NCBI GenBank assembly: GCA_040285825.1
Contig: JAUPSS010000003.1
Coordinates: 372,001 to 436,000 of the forward strand
Reading direction: 5' to 3'
Length of the DNA stretch: 64,000 nucleotides
From: Eukaryota sp. TZLM1-RC
Taxonomy: Eukaryota; Protista; Metamonada: BaSk clade
In this document: positions 11,805-23,804 of the stretch, piece by piece
Position numbering within the stretch: the stretch's first letter is position 1
How the letters are laid out: every line of letters begins with the position of its first letter
Notes under the pieces: generated by a model
The model's input: only the letters and a program-made list of their open reading frames with translations
Told to the model about the DNA's origin: nothing
Databases searched by the model: none
Made by a program: the position numbers and the translations under genes

Positions 11805-12330
11805 TTTTTCATTGCAGTGGTCCATTGGTCATCATTAAGTAAAAGGCCATAAATGTTGGGGATTTGGGAGATTAGGCAACTTGAGCAACTGTCTTCAAGA
11901 TGAATCAAAAAATTTGCAAAAACGGGATTTTTTCTCTAGCCAAGCTAAGACGTACAATATAATCCAAGTTTTCTAAAACTTTAAGATTTGTTTTCTGCAA
12001 TTTTGCAAAAGTCCAGGGTAAGGATAGCATGCTTCTTGAAGGAAGTTCCACAATTTTAGAGGGAAAACATTTAGACCAAATATTTGGTGAAAGAGTTTCA
12101 ATTTCCTGTTGTAAAGAAGTAAGATATGAGCTTCCACAGTTTTCAATGAGATCAACTTTTTTGGAAAGCGATTCACAAATTCAAAAATATAATTTTTACC
12201 GCCTCCAGTAAAGACAGCTTTACAAAGGTAGCTTGATTTATGAAAATCAACACCACCAAAATCTGTACCACAAAAAATGTGGCTTCGTAATTGAGATGCA
12301 TCAATTTCCAATAATTTTACTAGAAAATTG
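11805..12330 (-). mobile_element. RLE non-LTR fragment (family of 22738-23730)
   Basis: 11815-12100 is nearly identical to 23450-23730. Confidence 0.8.
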
Positions 12331-12349
12331 GTTCATTATTCATTAAAAA

Positions 12350-13500
12350 TTAAAACAGCTTTTTTAGGAAGCGAAAAAATTTTGTTTTTGAAATTTCCAA
12401 AGGTTCTTTTATGATATTCATCTGATCAATAGTGAATACAATTTTTGCTTAAATCAGCTTCAATTTGAATTAGATAAGTTGCCCGGTGATATCTGGATTC
12501 AGTGTTTTCCTCAGAATGTTCAAGAAAGTTCGAACCAATCACTCCCAAATTTACGTTTTTGCCTGAAAAAGCTTCAGCACCATTTGGACAAATTGTTTGA
12601 AAGCTTGGCTTATGAAGTAAGACTTGGCTTGGCCAAAACTGAAAATCCCGCTTTCGGAAATTTTTGAAAAGCCATTCGTAATAGTTCTGCTTCTGCTTTA
12701 GTTACTCAAATTCCCTCTATTTAAGGACCTTCTTTGAAAAAACAATGAATGGCTTTTAAACATGCGTTTTTATTGTTTTTTATGGCCAAACAATTTGCCC
12801 AATCATTTGAGATGTAGATGTGCAAAACCTCTTTTGTTGACTCATCTCTTGAACTGTAAACCTTATTGCAGTTACTAGTAAAGTACAAAATAATATCAGG
12901 GACCAATTCTATGTCATGTGCAAACCTTACCGAGTAGATTCCTTCTGAGGAATCCACTTTGCTATCAAAATCAATTCTTGTTGACCCCAATATTGATAGT
13001 ACACTTAACAATAGAGCTTTCGAGAAGTTTGACAAGAGGTGATTTGATGGTTCCTGGCTTATTTGGAAGCTTCACCATTTCAGATCCCATGTTAGTAGAC
13101 CCTTTAATTCTTCTGACGAACATTTCATTAATTCTAATGATGCCAAAAACATCTTTGTGCTGAAGAAAAATACAAAATTGCTAAATAAGTGAAACCAATT
13201 TCTTATATCAGTGAAAACTCTCATGCACATTACTATTTATGCCTCTTTATTTTTTTGCTCGGTTCCTTAGGTAAGGCTGCTTTGGTTTTGTTTGACCATT
13301 TCAATGTAGTTGTGAAAGAAAAGGACTGGAAGAATTTCCAATCGTGTTTACTGGCAAATCAGGATTGTATTTTTTATTTATAAAGGAATGTTTAAATTAA
13401 TTACTGATTCACTTTCTTCTTTCAGTAAATTTTCTGAATCTTTAGTACTTAACTGTTCCGATGTCGGAGAGGCAGATTTTGATTTATGGAGCTTTAGTTG
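12350..13500 (+). mobile_element. Degenerate RLE non-LTR copy, inverted relative to 10503-11745
   Basis: DIWIQCFPQNVQE..PNLRFCLKKLQHHL, RGDLMVPG; many stops and shifts. Confidence 0.85.
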
Positions 13501-13713
13501 TGTATTTGATGATTTTTTATTCGATATTTGATAAATAAAAAACTATATAAGAAAGGATAATGCTGTTGTAAATATTTATTTGTTTAAATCTAGTTTATAT
13601 CTTATTCTAATCACCAGTGTGAAACGAGATTTGGAACTAACAATTCGAAACATTACCTAAAAAAACCTGAACAAATAAATTAATGACAATAAAAATTTAT
13701 ACAAAAACAGCTA

Positions 13714-15119
13714 TTACTGAAGCTTTGGCACAACAACATAAGTGTTCCATCCACAAGTTCCAGAAGTTGCTTTACCAATGGCCATTCTGAAGTATCCATG
13801 TTCTCCCCATCTTTCACCCCAACTATTACGAACTTTGACAAAGTCTTTACCCTTTTCAGAACCATAGCCAACAAGGTTGACAGCGTGACTGAGCTTACTG
13901 GGAGAGCACATAAGGGGATTAAAAATACCTTTGAGATAGAATTGAAGAGAATTTGCGTTCATTGCAATAGCCAAGACACCGTGTTCGACGAGACAGCTCT
14001 TAGTGTGATCAAAGCCGTCACCTTCAGCGATTTCATAGTATTCAACAACATTGGCCCCTTCGACAATTTTTTCCTTGGATGCAGAACATCTTTGGTTGCG
14101 AGCTACATAAGGATAATCTTCTTCAGCTATATGGCCCCCAAATTCGTTGAGGTATTCATAAGCGTAATGCATTAAACCACCCTTAGATAAGTGAGAGACA
14201 ATCGATACATACATTACATCCACTGGACTGGGGATCACAATCTACAAGATGTTGTTCAGAGAAAATGGCAGTCTTACCATGTTTCAAGAAATAGGCTGAT
14301 TCAGAAGCAGCGTTGGCGCTAAAAGCCCAGCAGCTGCCACAACTGCCCTGATTCTTGATTTTTCCTACGACACCATCTTTTTGAGTCCAGTCAAAAGATT
14401 CAGGCACTTCTGCGTTACATTTAACAGACTTAAGAGCACCTTTTTTTGGTTCAAAAGCAGGTCCTAAAAATTCAGCGAATTCTGCTTCAGTCATGTCTGC
14501 AAACTGGTTGACACCAAACTCAGCATCAGGTTGCACACTATTCTGGAAAGCAATTCTTTGGAGATTATCGGCAAAAACGGAGAGACGATATTCGTACTCT
14601 TGCTTTGAAGAATAGACCTTGTTCTGATCATTGAGCCAGGCATCAAATTGAGCACGAGTGGCATCATCGTCAGAGCAGTTTCCAAGTCGGATTTCACCCA
14701 TTTCATAATAGCCCAAGTCAACAACAAAGTGGACTTCAAGCGAAACATCAACAGTTACGCATTCAGAGGTAACGTCTCCATCTTCAAATGTGACACTACG
14801 GTTAAGAGATAATATCGACACACCAATAAGAAGCACCACGGTGGAAGAAGCAGAAGTGACGGGATGTAATGACATCAATGTCATGCTCAACAATAGGTTG
14901 GTCTGCACCATCAATGAATGTTCTGACACTTCCGCTGCCACTCTCAGTATCAAACATGAAGAGAACATCAATATCAGCCTTCAAATGATAGATTTCACGA
15001 ATAGTTTCGCGAAGCTGAATCGAACACTTGATATGAGTATCAGATTCCTGCTTACATTTACCTTCTGCTTGTACAGAAGCGACAACAAGCAATACAAAGA
15101 AGAGAGTCGTTAACTGCAT
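13714..15119 (-). CDS. Secreted papain-family (C1A) cysteine protease, cathepsin L/F-like; exons 15119-14824, 14795-14213, 14181-13714; 448 aa
   Basis: Signal peptide MQLTTLFFVLLVVASVQA; I29 propeptide (EYEYRLSVFADN, FGVNQFADMT); QGSCGSCWAFS; SHAVNLVGYG; RNSWG. Splicing out the 28- and 31-nt GT-AG introns restores the frame and the GCN|GG motif. Confidence 0.93.
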
Positions 15120-15309
15120 TATTGAGAAAATAAAACTAAGAATTTCACCCCAAGAGGATAGCGCATTTTTTGTAAAAGGAAAATTGTATTGGTTCAAATT
15201 CACCACAATTGTCCTAAATGATAACTCATCGTACTGTCTTCTCTACATTATGCTGTTAGAGACACTGTGATTAATATCATAAGAAATGCAAAAATCTCGT
15301 GTATAACGT

Positions 15310-16650
15310 ATTTATTGAATTTGCACACTTGATTAAATTAAATCATAACTTATGGGACGACTATCATTAAACCAAGATTTCCTCTACAAAATCTTGATTT
15401 GCTTGCTGTCTAGCTAAAGCTTCTCTAATTCGATTGAAAAACCGCGGTAATCTATTAATAATGGCAAATTGAATCCGTGAACGCCATAAAAAAATATCAA
15501 ATCTTTTCATTGTTTTTTCTTTCACCATTTTTTGGAAGTCATCCAAAAAAGTTTCTGCTTCAACTGATAATCTTCCATTTATCGAAAATGGGAAAGCAAT
15601 AAAAACCAGCTGTGTATTTCTATCGACATTTGCATCTTCAATTTCTTTATCATATTTTCTATGTTTTTCTTTTGCGTTAAAATCCAGAGCAGCCACAGGA
15701 TTAAGTTTTCTTCTGTGAACCAAAGTATCGTTTGCAACATTACATGAGACAAAGTCAACAATAGCTTCAGAATTATCAATCCAATCACAGTATACATCAC
15801 CTTTATCATCAGAACCAAAATTATTCAGAGAAAGTGTTTTCTTCAGCAGAGGCTCTTTGATACACCCTATTCTTGCAATTTGTGCCATATTGAAAACAAT
15901 GTCTCTAACAGCATCATGTAATGAAGAACGATAAGTTATCAATTTAGAACAGTTCAGAGCATGGCGCAAAGTGAGTTGAGGTGAATTCGAACAAATACAT
16001 TTTTCTTTTGATAATGATTGATTAATGGGGATATTCAAATATAATCTCATTTTTGTTACAAATGCTTCATTAGTGGCACACAATCCAAATCTTCGTGGTA
16101 CAATGGTTACAAAAAGTGAAGAATCTGATGACTTGTTTTCACAAACACCCTTTTCCAATAACAATGAGTGAAGATCTTGATTTAAAACAGCCGAGCTGCA
16201 TATATTATTATGAAAATCTTTTTCATACATTCCAGTCAATCGTTTCTGTAATGTTCGAAGAGTGTACTTCAAATTTAAAACATTTTTTTCTGGAATATTG
16301 CCATTGAATGATTGGGGAAAACATCGACCCCATTTTTCTGCATCAATTTTTGAAATTTCTTCTTTTAATGCAAAAACAGTGAAACTTTGCGTTGCCATCA
16401 ATAAATCTTCCCAATCTGCAAATCTTTCAGAAAACTCAAAGATTGCATTTCTGCATCCTCCAACAAAAGCACACGAGGTAAGAATAGAAGCCTTCGTCCA
16501 CCCTAAACCGCCATAATGTGGACTAAGGTAAGCATGATCTGGAATTTGGAACATTTTACATCCCAGTAATTGAGACAGAACTTTTACACGTAATTCATTA
16601 AACCTCTGAGCCAAAGGTCTAGTGACGAGAGGATTTGTAGATCGAAATAT
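15310..16650 (-). mobile_element. RLE non-LTR retrotransposon, 5'-truncated, 415-aa open frame with short 3' UTR
   Basis: PHYGGLG, CICSNSPQLTLRHALNC, KGDVYCDW..IVDF. The ~55-nt 3' UTR ending AATAAATA is shared with 24488-24545. Confidence 0.9.
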
Positions 16651-16784
16651 ATCTCGTGTATCAAAGACCTTCTAATAAAAGAAACGCTGCCATTCAGCAA
16701 ATTTGGTTCGAAAGTCATAGGTGATAATTACTACCATTGGATTGATAAATCTGAAGTTGCTGTTTTTTTTCTCTCCTGTGATGT

Positions 16785-17150
16785 GGCAGATGACACTCTG
16801 GTTCAAAGAAGGGAACTTAATCCTGTAGAAGCTCTGGAAGTCAAAGCAAATGAAAAACATAGAAAATATGACAAAGATATCGAAGAAGCTTCTACTGATA
16901 GAAACAGACCACTTGTTTTTATTGCTTTTACCTTTACCATAAATGGAAGACTATCAGTAGAAGCAAAATTTTCTTTGAATAATTTCCAAAAATTGGTGCA
17001 AGAAAAACAATGATAATTGATATATTTCTATGGCTCACTCGAATTTAATTTGCCATAAATCATAGATTACCTCAGTTGTTCCATCGAACAAGACAACTAT
17101 GACAAAACAAGCAAACCATGATTTTATGGAAGAAATCTTGGTTCATTGGA
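16785..17150 (+). mobile_element. Degenerate 3' fragment of the same RLE family, inverted to 15310-16650
   Basis: ADDTLVQRRELNPV..KHRKYDKDIEE..FTINGRLS. Confidence 0.8.
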
Positions 17151-17619
17151 TTTAGTTTCATTAGTTCTAATTTAATTTTATTAAATGTTGTGGTTCAACA
17201 AAATACATTGTGCCAAAATTTCTTTCATTCAATTTTGAAATTTCCACTGTATCTGCAGATTTTTGCTTCACATGTGCAAAATTTCACCGTCCTGTGTACA
17301 TTCTCCTTTGGCTTTGATTTTATTGATATCGACAATTTTCCCATCAAATATACCTTTCTAAGATAGTTTTTTCACAACCTACTCCGAAATTCGTGCATCC
17401 ATCCAAAATTGGGTCGAAAAATAGTGTTAGGTAGTTGAAAAATTTATACACATGTAATATTTCGAAGAATTTTGTTTTTAACAAAAATTAAGAAGATAAT
17501 TGAACACTAAAAAAACTACCTACCAACATTGACGATCCTCTCTTCTTTTTTGAAGAATATAATTAAAAGCACTGTGGCATTTAAAGCAATTCTTCAAAAT
17601 GATGCAACATATTTCATCT

Positions 17620-17900
17620 GCTAACTCATTCCATCCAAAGTGTCAGAATTTGAAATAAATTGTAGTCGTTCACATTCTGATAGTTTTTCCTTCAAAAGAT
17701 TGCATTTTTCCTTATAAAATAAATGAGTGATTTGACGTTGGCAAATTTTAATTCGTTTGTCCCAGATTGAGTCAAAACCAGCAAAAGAAGGTGATAAAGC
17801 TGATAGTAAAACCCTATACTGATCACTTGGAATTAAATTCGTTAAATCAAGATCACGTACAGCCAAGTATACAGAAACTGAATAGCAAATATGTGCCACT
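17620..17900 (-). mobile_element. Possible post-RT fragment of another non-LTR family
   Basis: QRQITHLFY...LLKEKLS..ERLQFIS resembles the Q..L.......L......ARL.S linker of CRE-like elements; weak. Confidence 0.35.
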
Positions 17901-18037
17901 TGACCCAGATGGAGAAACCCGGAGAAATTTTGTTAGGTTAGTGTTAGGGCTAGGTTGATCAACACTACAATTTCTTCAAAAATTCTATTGATTTGGCACA
18001 TCTTGTCAGTGTTTAATAAAATGTGTTTTTATTCAAA

Positions 18038-18104
18038 AACATACCTGTGCATGACATCATACTGTCATGACAAATGGTCAAATTCTGTCATGTACAGGTA
18101 TGTT
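18038..18104. repeat. 19-bp inverted repeat (one mismatch) with an internal palindrome
   Basis: AACATACCTGTGCATGACA (18038-18056) vs TGTCATGTACAGGTATGTT (18086-18104); TGTCATGACA at 18063-18072. Confidence 0.85.
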
Positions 18105-18243
18105 CAAAAATGGACTACCACTGACCATCATATATCAAACACAATCTTGTTCTAAATAGTATTTTCAACAGAAGTTGATTCAATTTTTTCCTTAAATTTA
18201 GAAAAACTTTTTTTTATTTAATTTTAATTTTATTAAAAAGCTA

Positions 18244-19260
18244 TCAATCAACATCTAAATAATCCATCTCTCCCAGAACAAAAACACTAGATGCAACTCT
18301 TTCATAGTGAGATACAGGAGAAAGCAAAGCATCAGAAACCATCTTCAACATCCCCTTAAAAATAGAAAACACAATTCTATTTTGCCAAAACAATCTGTTG
18401 AAATTTCTGTTAGTTCTTCTCTTAACAATCATTTCAAAATCTGCCAAAAAAAGTATAGCCGTTGGAGCAAGTGAACCAAAAAGAGAAAATACAAATGGAT
18501 ACAAAAATTATTTTGCACGCTGTTGACTGGACAATTTAAACAAAGGTTAATTGTATATTTTGATTTTGAAATTTTCAGCATTTGAAAGGGGATTATGAAT
18601 TTCAGAATTAACTAGCCTTTCATTTGAGGCATTACAAGGATCAACAGACATTACATCCACTAAAATAAAACTTCCATCTAATCCAGGTAATATAACATCA
18701 CCTCTATTATTCTTATGAAAATCATCTTCAGTATCAAACAGATTTGACAATAGAGGTTCCAAGAAGGATTCAATTCTATGAGATTTACAGATACAATATA
18801 ACTGGTCTCTTACAGCATCACGAACCTTGCTTCTAAAAGTAATAAAATGTTTACAATTTAACAAATGAGTAGTTGTAATTTCTCGAGAACATTTACAAAT
18901 TAAATTATGAGGTAAATTATCAGGCCAGATAAAGGAACGAAATCTCATATTCAGAGTCCAAGCAGAATCGGATAAGAGAGTACCATAAACTTGTGGAATT
19001 GTTGTTACTAAGGCAGAAGAAGTACTGTCACACATATCTTGTAAAAGATTTGCAAAAGCGGGATTCTTTTTCTTGGCCAAGCCAAGTCTAACATCAAAAT
19101 CCAAGCTTTCAAAAATCTTTGACAATTTTTGTTGAAGCTTTTTACAGCAAAACTGTAAATTAAAAAGAGATCGGTTTGGAATTTCTTGAATTGATTGAGG
19201 AAAACATTTGGTCCAAATTTGTGGCGGCAATTTTTCAAGTTCACAAGATAACTCATACAA
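18244..19260 (-). mobile_element. RLE non-LTR retrotransposon 3' remnant
   Basis: CKCSREITTTHLLNC, RGDVILP..LVDVMSVDP, PFVFSLFGSL, FWQNRIVFSIFKG. Confidence 0.9.
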
Positions 19261-19359
19261 ATAGGGACTGCAATTTAGAAAAACATATTCATTTTTCTTT
19301 TTTGGGTGGAGACAAGAATTTTATGAGTTTTCTCGTAGATTTCCTGAAGATTCTTATTT

Positions 19360-19870
19360 TTTAGATCCAAATACCAGTCCATATTTGAATGAGTTATCTT
19401 CTGAGCTCGAAAAAATTCCACCAAAAATCTGGACCAAATGTTTTCCCCAGTCAATTCAAGAAATTCCGGACCGACCTCTTTTTAATTTGCAGTTTTGCTG
19501 TGAAAAGCTTCAACAAAAATTGTTAAAGATTTTTTGACAGCTTGTATTTTGAAGTTAGACTTGGCTTGCAAATTTGACTATTGTCAAATTTGTTTGATTC
19601 TGAAGTTAATTTTTATAGGAATAACAGAGGTGATGTCATTTTAAATGGTTTAAAGGGAACCTTCATTTTAGTCGATGTAATGTCTGTTGATCCTTGTAAT
19701 GCCTCAAATGAAAGGCTTGCCAATTCTGAAATTCATAATCCTCCTTCAAATACTGACAATTTCAAAAAATATAGTGGACCATTGTCCAAATTGTCTACCC
19801 AACAGCATACAATTTGTATTCATTTGTATTTTTTATTTAATTCACTTGCTTCAACTGCTCTACGTTTTTG
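19360..19870 (+). mobile_element. Deleted, inverted copy of the 18244-19260 family
   Basis: IWTKCFPQSIQEIP and NNRGDVIL..LVDVMSVDPCNASNE repeated on the opposite strand. Confidence 0.85.
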
Positions 19871-19888
19871 GGCATATTGTGACCTCTG

Positions 19889-20036
19889 TAAGAGTCTTCA
19901 AATCCAACGTATTTTGATCTAAGCCGATCATCTCCGGATGGTTAAGTTTAGACATGTGGATGTGATTGAAGTATTGGAAATTGACATTTCAGATAAAGTA
20001 TCCATTTCCAGTGAAATCCAGACAGTGAGTTCAATC
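19889..20036 (+). ncRNA. ORF-less copy of the Fanzor-A downstream structured element (candidate omegaRNA scaffold / element right end)
   Basis: Six substitutions in the first 128 nt versus revcomp of 28616-28489. By-eye fold gives two long hairpins, including a C(UCCG)G tetraloop. Confidence 0.55.
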
Positions 20037-20125
20037 AAAAATGCGGTGAAAACCAGAAATACAAACTTCCCTCTACAGCATTACAAAGGGCAATTACTTC
20101 ACTGTTATAGACATTATCTATAAGA

Positions 20126-21158
20126 ATGGACACTTATATTCGGAAGCTTTCTCAACTCATTGTTCTTCAACTACTTCATGCTTCTGGTGCCAACAACACA
20201 TCAGAATCTGTTTCGGACACTCTGTCGACTATACTATGTCATTGTTAGTGCTTTTTTCTACGTTCTCACCATAGTTATATCTGAAGTTGGTAACAGAGCC
20301 GCTGCCTTAACCAATCATGCTAGGCGGACGGAGTGCTCATTTCACGATCTGATGGCTGCTCTTTCTTCATTTAAAATAAGTCCATATTCTCTTTCAAAGT
20401 ATCTAAAAAATACAGATTTTATACCAATATGTACAACTGTTCCCAGATTCCCGTTACCTAGTTCATCTTACTATGAGCATCCTGGGTTCACTTATTCTCG
20501 TATAATTTCTCTTACCGAAACCCCCCAGCCCGTTTCCATCACCAAACCTCTTTCTTTCAGCTCACCCCCTGTCCAGGAGGATGAGGAGAATATGTCTGAG
20601 GGCTTAATTGCAGAAGATGCACCCGAAGAGCGACATTTTGTTCCTCACTTCATGCCACTTCTTCCCCCTTCGCATACTTGGTCCGACACCCCCGTGTTTG
20701 GTTATCCTCTCATGGATGAAACTGAAACAAGACAGGTTCAGCTCGACGAGAAAAGCAAAGTGTATTCGGCATTAAAGACTCTAAGGCCTACTGAATCAAT
20801 GTTTTTTACAATAATTAATAGCAACCACCCCCTCTCAGTTGATTTAAAAACAGATTTCAACACAGAATTGCAAGCACAGCATCCAGAACTGCAATATTTT
20901 ATTTCACAGGCGGTTGATCCAGTAAATCTGACAGAATTTGACAAATTTATCCCACTAACTCCCACTCAACCAGGTCCAGAACTTTATTCTTACACCATTG
21001 TTGAGGATCATTGTCTGAATGGCTCTGATAATGAAGATATTACCATTCCTTGTCCCCCTTTCCAATGGGTGGAGCCTCCAGAAACCAACACTGGGGAAGC
21101 AAGGAAAAAGGTAGATACACTGAAAGCTATTGATTTAGATGAAGAGGGCTTTGTTTAA
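20126..21158 (+). CDS. TAF8: TFIID subunit 8 (Bromo_TP histone fold + TAF8 C motif); exons 20126-20243, 20275-21158; 333 aa
   Basis: Spliced start MDTYIRKLSQLIVLQLLHASG..SESVSDTLSTILCHFISEVG..TNHARRTE..HDL..AL; HFVPHFMPLLPPSHTWSDTP; 31-nt GT-AG intron 20244-20274. Confidence 0.85.
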
Positions 21159-21345
21159 GGAATTATCATATTATCTAATCTTAAAATGTTATTAATTAAT
21201 TGATTTTATTCTCACATAGAGTCTAGACTAAAGATTCTGGCTAATTTTATTAGGAAAATTAAAACAGGACTGTCAAAATTTGACGTGTTTTTGGTTAATT
21301 ATTTCTATTTGAATTACAATAAAAACAATCCATAATATGTTAATG

Positions 21346-22659
21346 TTATACATTTTTCCTTGGAAACATTTCATTCTGTTCATCAATAGCCCTTACGCCT
21401 TCAAAAGAACCCAAAACTTTCTTTAAATCTTGTCGTTGATGAGTATTCAAGTTAGTAGATCCAAGATTTCCAACAAGAATGCTACTTTCTTTTTCTTTTC
21501 TCATTGCTGCATACATTCTGGCTATTCTTGAAACAGCTTTGAGTTTTGCTCGCAAAATCTTTTTCTTTTCAAGAGTGAATGTCTTGTCATCAACATTATC
21601 TACTGCAAGTTGTTTGTTCAAAATCCCTTCCAACAAAGATGACATTGACTCTGCCACAAAAGGCAAAGACCAAGTGAAACAGTCTAAGAAACCTGGGAGG
21701 AAATAAGGATGGGAAGCCTCTGAAAACTGTTTAAAGTTGACACTTCCCTTGTTAATAGATAGATAGGCCCCCTTGTTACCATAAGAATCCACATAATTAG
21801 GACAAGAAAAAACAGTAATTGTTACAGGGAAATGGGTTTTCTTATGCAACTTGTGCAATTTGTACCCAGACGACTGAGCTTCGTGTCCTCTCACTATAGA
21901 TAACAGAGAATTCCTCTCCAAAAACTTACAAGTGGCGTTAAAGTTAAAAAAACAAGACACTCCTCGGCTTGAATTTGGTTGGAATTCATTAGTTAACTCT
22001 TCACGTGGGTCAGCCCAGAGCAAGTCACAAAGCAAACCTTCTTCAGGGATTTCAACGAACCTGTTGAGCTTATTAATGTCAGTCACATACTTGATATCTT
22101 TACTGATTCCACCGTGGAGACAAAAGAATCGCTTGTCCACTACACAGGCTAATGGAAGGGTTTTGAAAAAAGAAACAAAGTCCTCAAAAAGTGTAGAGTC
22201 TTGGTATTTGAAGGCAACTTCATCTGCAAACATGAAAACTGAGGACATTTGCCTGCACTCATGGTTACCTCTCAGCAGGTAAACAGAATCGGGAAATGCC
22301 AGCTTCAAGGAGCACAGGTAGAAAAGAGTTTCGGTCGAAAACGATCCTCTATCAACATAGTCTCCCAAAAAGAGAAACTTGTGGTTACAAGTGGGGGCTC
22401 CTGCTATGTCAAATAGTTTAACGAGATCATAAAACTGACCGTGGAGATCACCGACAATAGTTAGTGGTGAGGTGATGTTCAAGAGGTTTGGTTCCTGTGA
22501 CAACTTGCTGGCAGTGATCTCAAGTAAACGTCGTGCATCAGAAATAGAAAGTCTTTGTTCCATGACAAAACAATGGCGTAGGAAGTTATGATCAGGACAG
22601 GAATCATTGATCCAGAGAAGAGAAGAATCTATGGGTGATGATGGATATTCATATTGCAT
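21346..22659 (-). CDS. CNA1: Calcineurin catalytic subunit A (PP2B)
   Basis: GDLHGQ, GDYVDRG, RGNHE; CnB-binding FTWSLPFVAE; CaM-binding ILRAKLKAVSRIARMY; autoinhibitory SFEGVRAIDEQNE. Confidence 0.95.
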   Translation of the reverse strand: MQYEYPSSPIDSSLLWINDSCPDHNFLRHCFVMEQRLSISDARRLLEITASKLSQEPNLLNITSPLTIVGDLHGQFYDLVKLFDIAGAPTCNHKFLFLGDYVDRGSFSTETLFYLCSLKLAFPDSVYLLRGNHECRQMSSVFMFADEVAFKYQDSTLFEDFVSFFKTLPLACVVDKRFFCLHGGISKDIKYVTDINKLNRFVEIPEEGLLCDLLWADPREELTNEFQPNSSRGVSCFFNFNATCKFLERNSLLSIVRGHEAQSSGYKLHKLHKKTHFPVTITVFSCPNYVDSYGNKGAYLSINKGSVNFKQFSEASHPYFLPGFLDCFTWSLPFVAESMSSLLEGILNKQLAVDNVDDKTFTLEKKKILRAKLKAVSRIARMYAAMRKEKESSILVGNLGSTNLNTHQRQDLKKVLGSFEGVRAIDEQNEMFPRKNV

Positions 22660-22737
22660 CTAAAAATTGTACAAAAATGCAAAAACAATCATAACTTTTT
22701 TTTAACTGAAATATTTATTGAGATAAGACAAATCTAT

Positions 22738-23730
22738 CTAGAATTCAATATCCTCCAAACAAGCTTCACTATTACTAAACCTACTCACAGCATTACGTTC
22801 ATATTTTACACCAATAGCTAAAAGTGCCTTTGAAATTATTGTTGGAATAGACTTGAAAATGCAAAAAACAATTCTATTTAACCAGAAAGTGGAATTCATT
22901 GTTTTACTAGACCTATTTAGTAACACTTTTTTTTGAAAATTTCAAAAAAGTGCAACCCTGAGGGTCCAATATTGCCAAAAACAGAAATTGCAAACGGCAC
23001 AAACTGATATTTCACATGTTACACACTACCTAACTGTGCCAAAGGTTCTTCATATTTTTTATCTTCTTTTTTTCGGCGTTAGATAACGGCGAATCAGCGG
23101 AATACACTACACGAGCAGCAGAATTTTTGCAAACATCAACTGAGACAACATCTACAACATTGAGAACACCATCGATCCCTGGAGCTACTAAATCTGCCCT
23201 TCTTTTACCAAAGTAATCATCAGTTTGATATGAAGACAGCTTACGTACTAATGGCTCAATAAATGCCTCTATATTGAATTTTTTGCACATGGCATATAAT
23301 TGATCACGAACTGAGTCATGAACAATTGAGCGATAAGTTATAAAATATTTGCAGTTTAAAATATGGGAAAGCGTAACAACACTCTTGCAGCGACAAATGA
23401 AATCATTTGGTAAAGAACAAGGCCATAGAAAACATCTCATTCTCATTGTAGTGGTCCATTGGTGATCATTAAGTAGAAGGCCATAAATGTTGGGAATTTG
23501 GGAGATTAGGCAACTTGAGCAACTGTCTTCAAGATCAATCAAAAAGTTTGCTAAAACGGGATTTTTTCTTTAGCCAAGCTAAGATGTACAATATAATCCA
23601 AGTTTTCTAGAACTTTAAGATTTTTCCTGCAATTTTGCAAAAGTCAGTGGTAAGGAGAGCAAGCTTCTTGGAGGAAGTTCCAAAATATCAGAGGGGAAAC
23701 ATTTAGACCAAATATTGGGTGAAAGAGTTA
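22738..23730 (-). mobile_element. RLE non-LTR retrotransposon 3' remnant
   Basis: CRCKSVVTLSHILNC, KRRADLVAP..VVDVVSVD, FWLNRIVF. Confidence 0.9.
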
Positions 23731-23804
23731 CAATCATAACACAATTATAAGGTACCGAACTCGAACTCGCTTGAGTACCTTAACTTAATTAAATAATTTA
23801 ATTC

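Noticed and set aside
23752-23785. AAGGTAC/GTACCTT small hairpin between two LINE remnants
   Set aside because: Only 7-bp arms and no second copy in the window.
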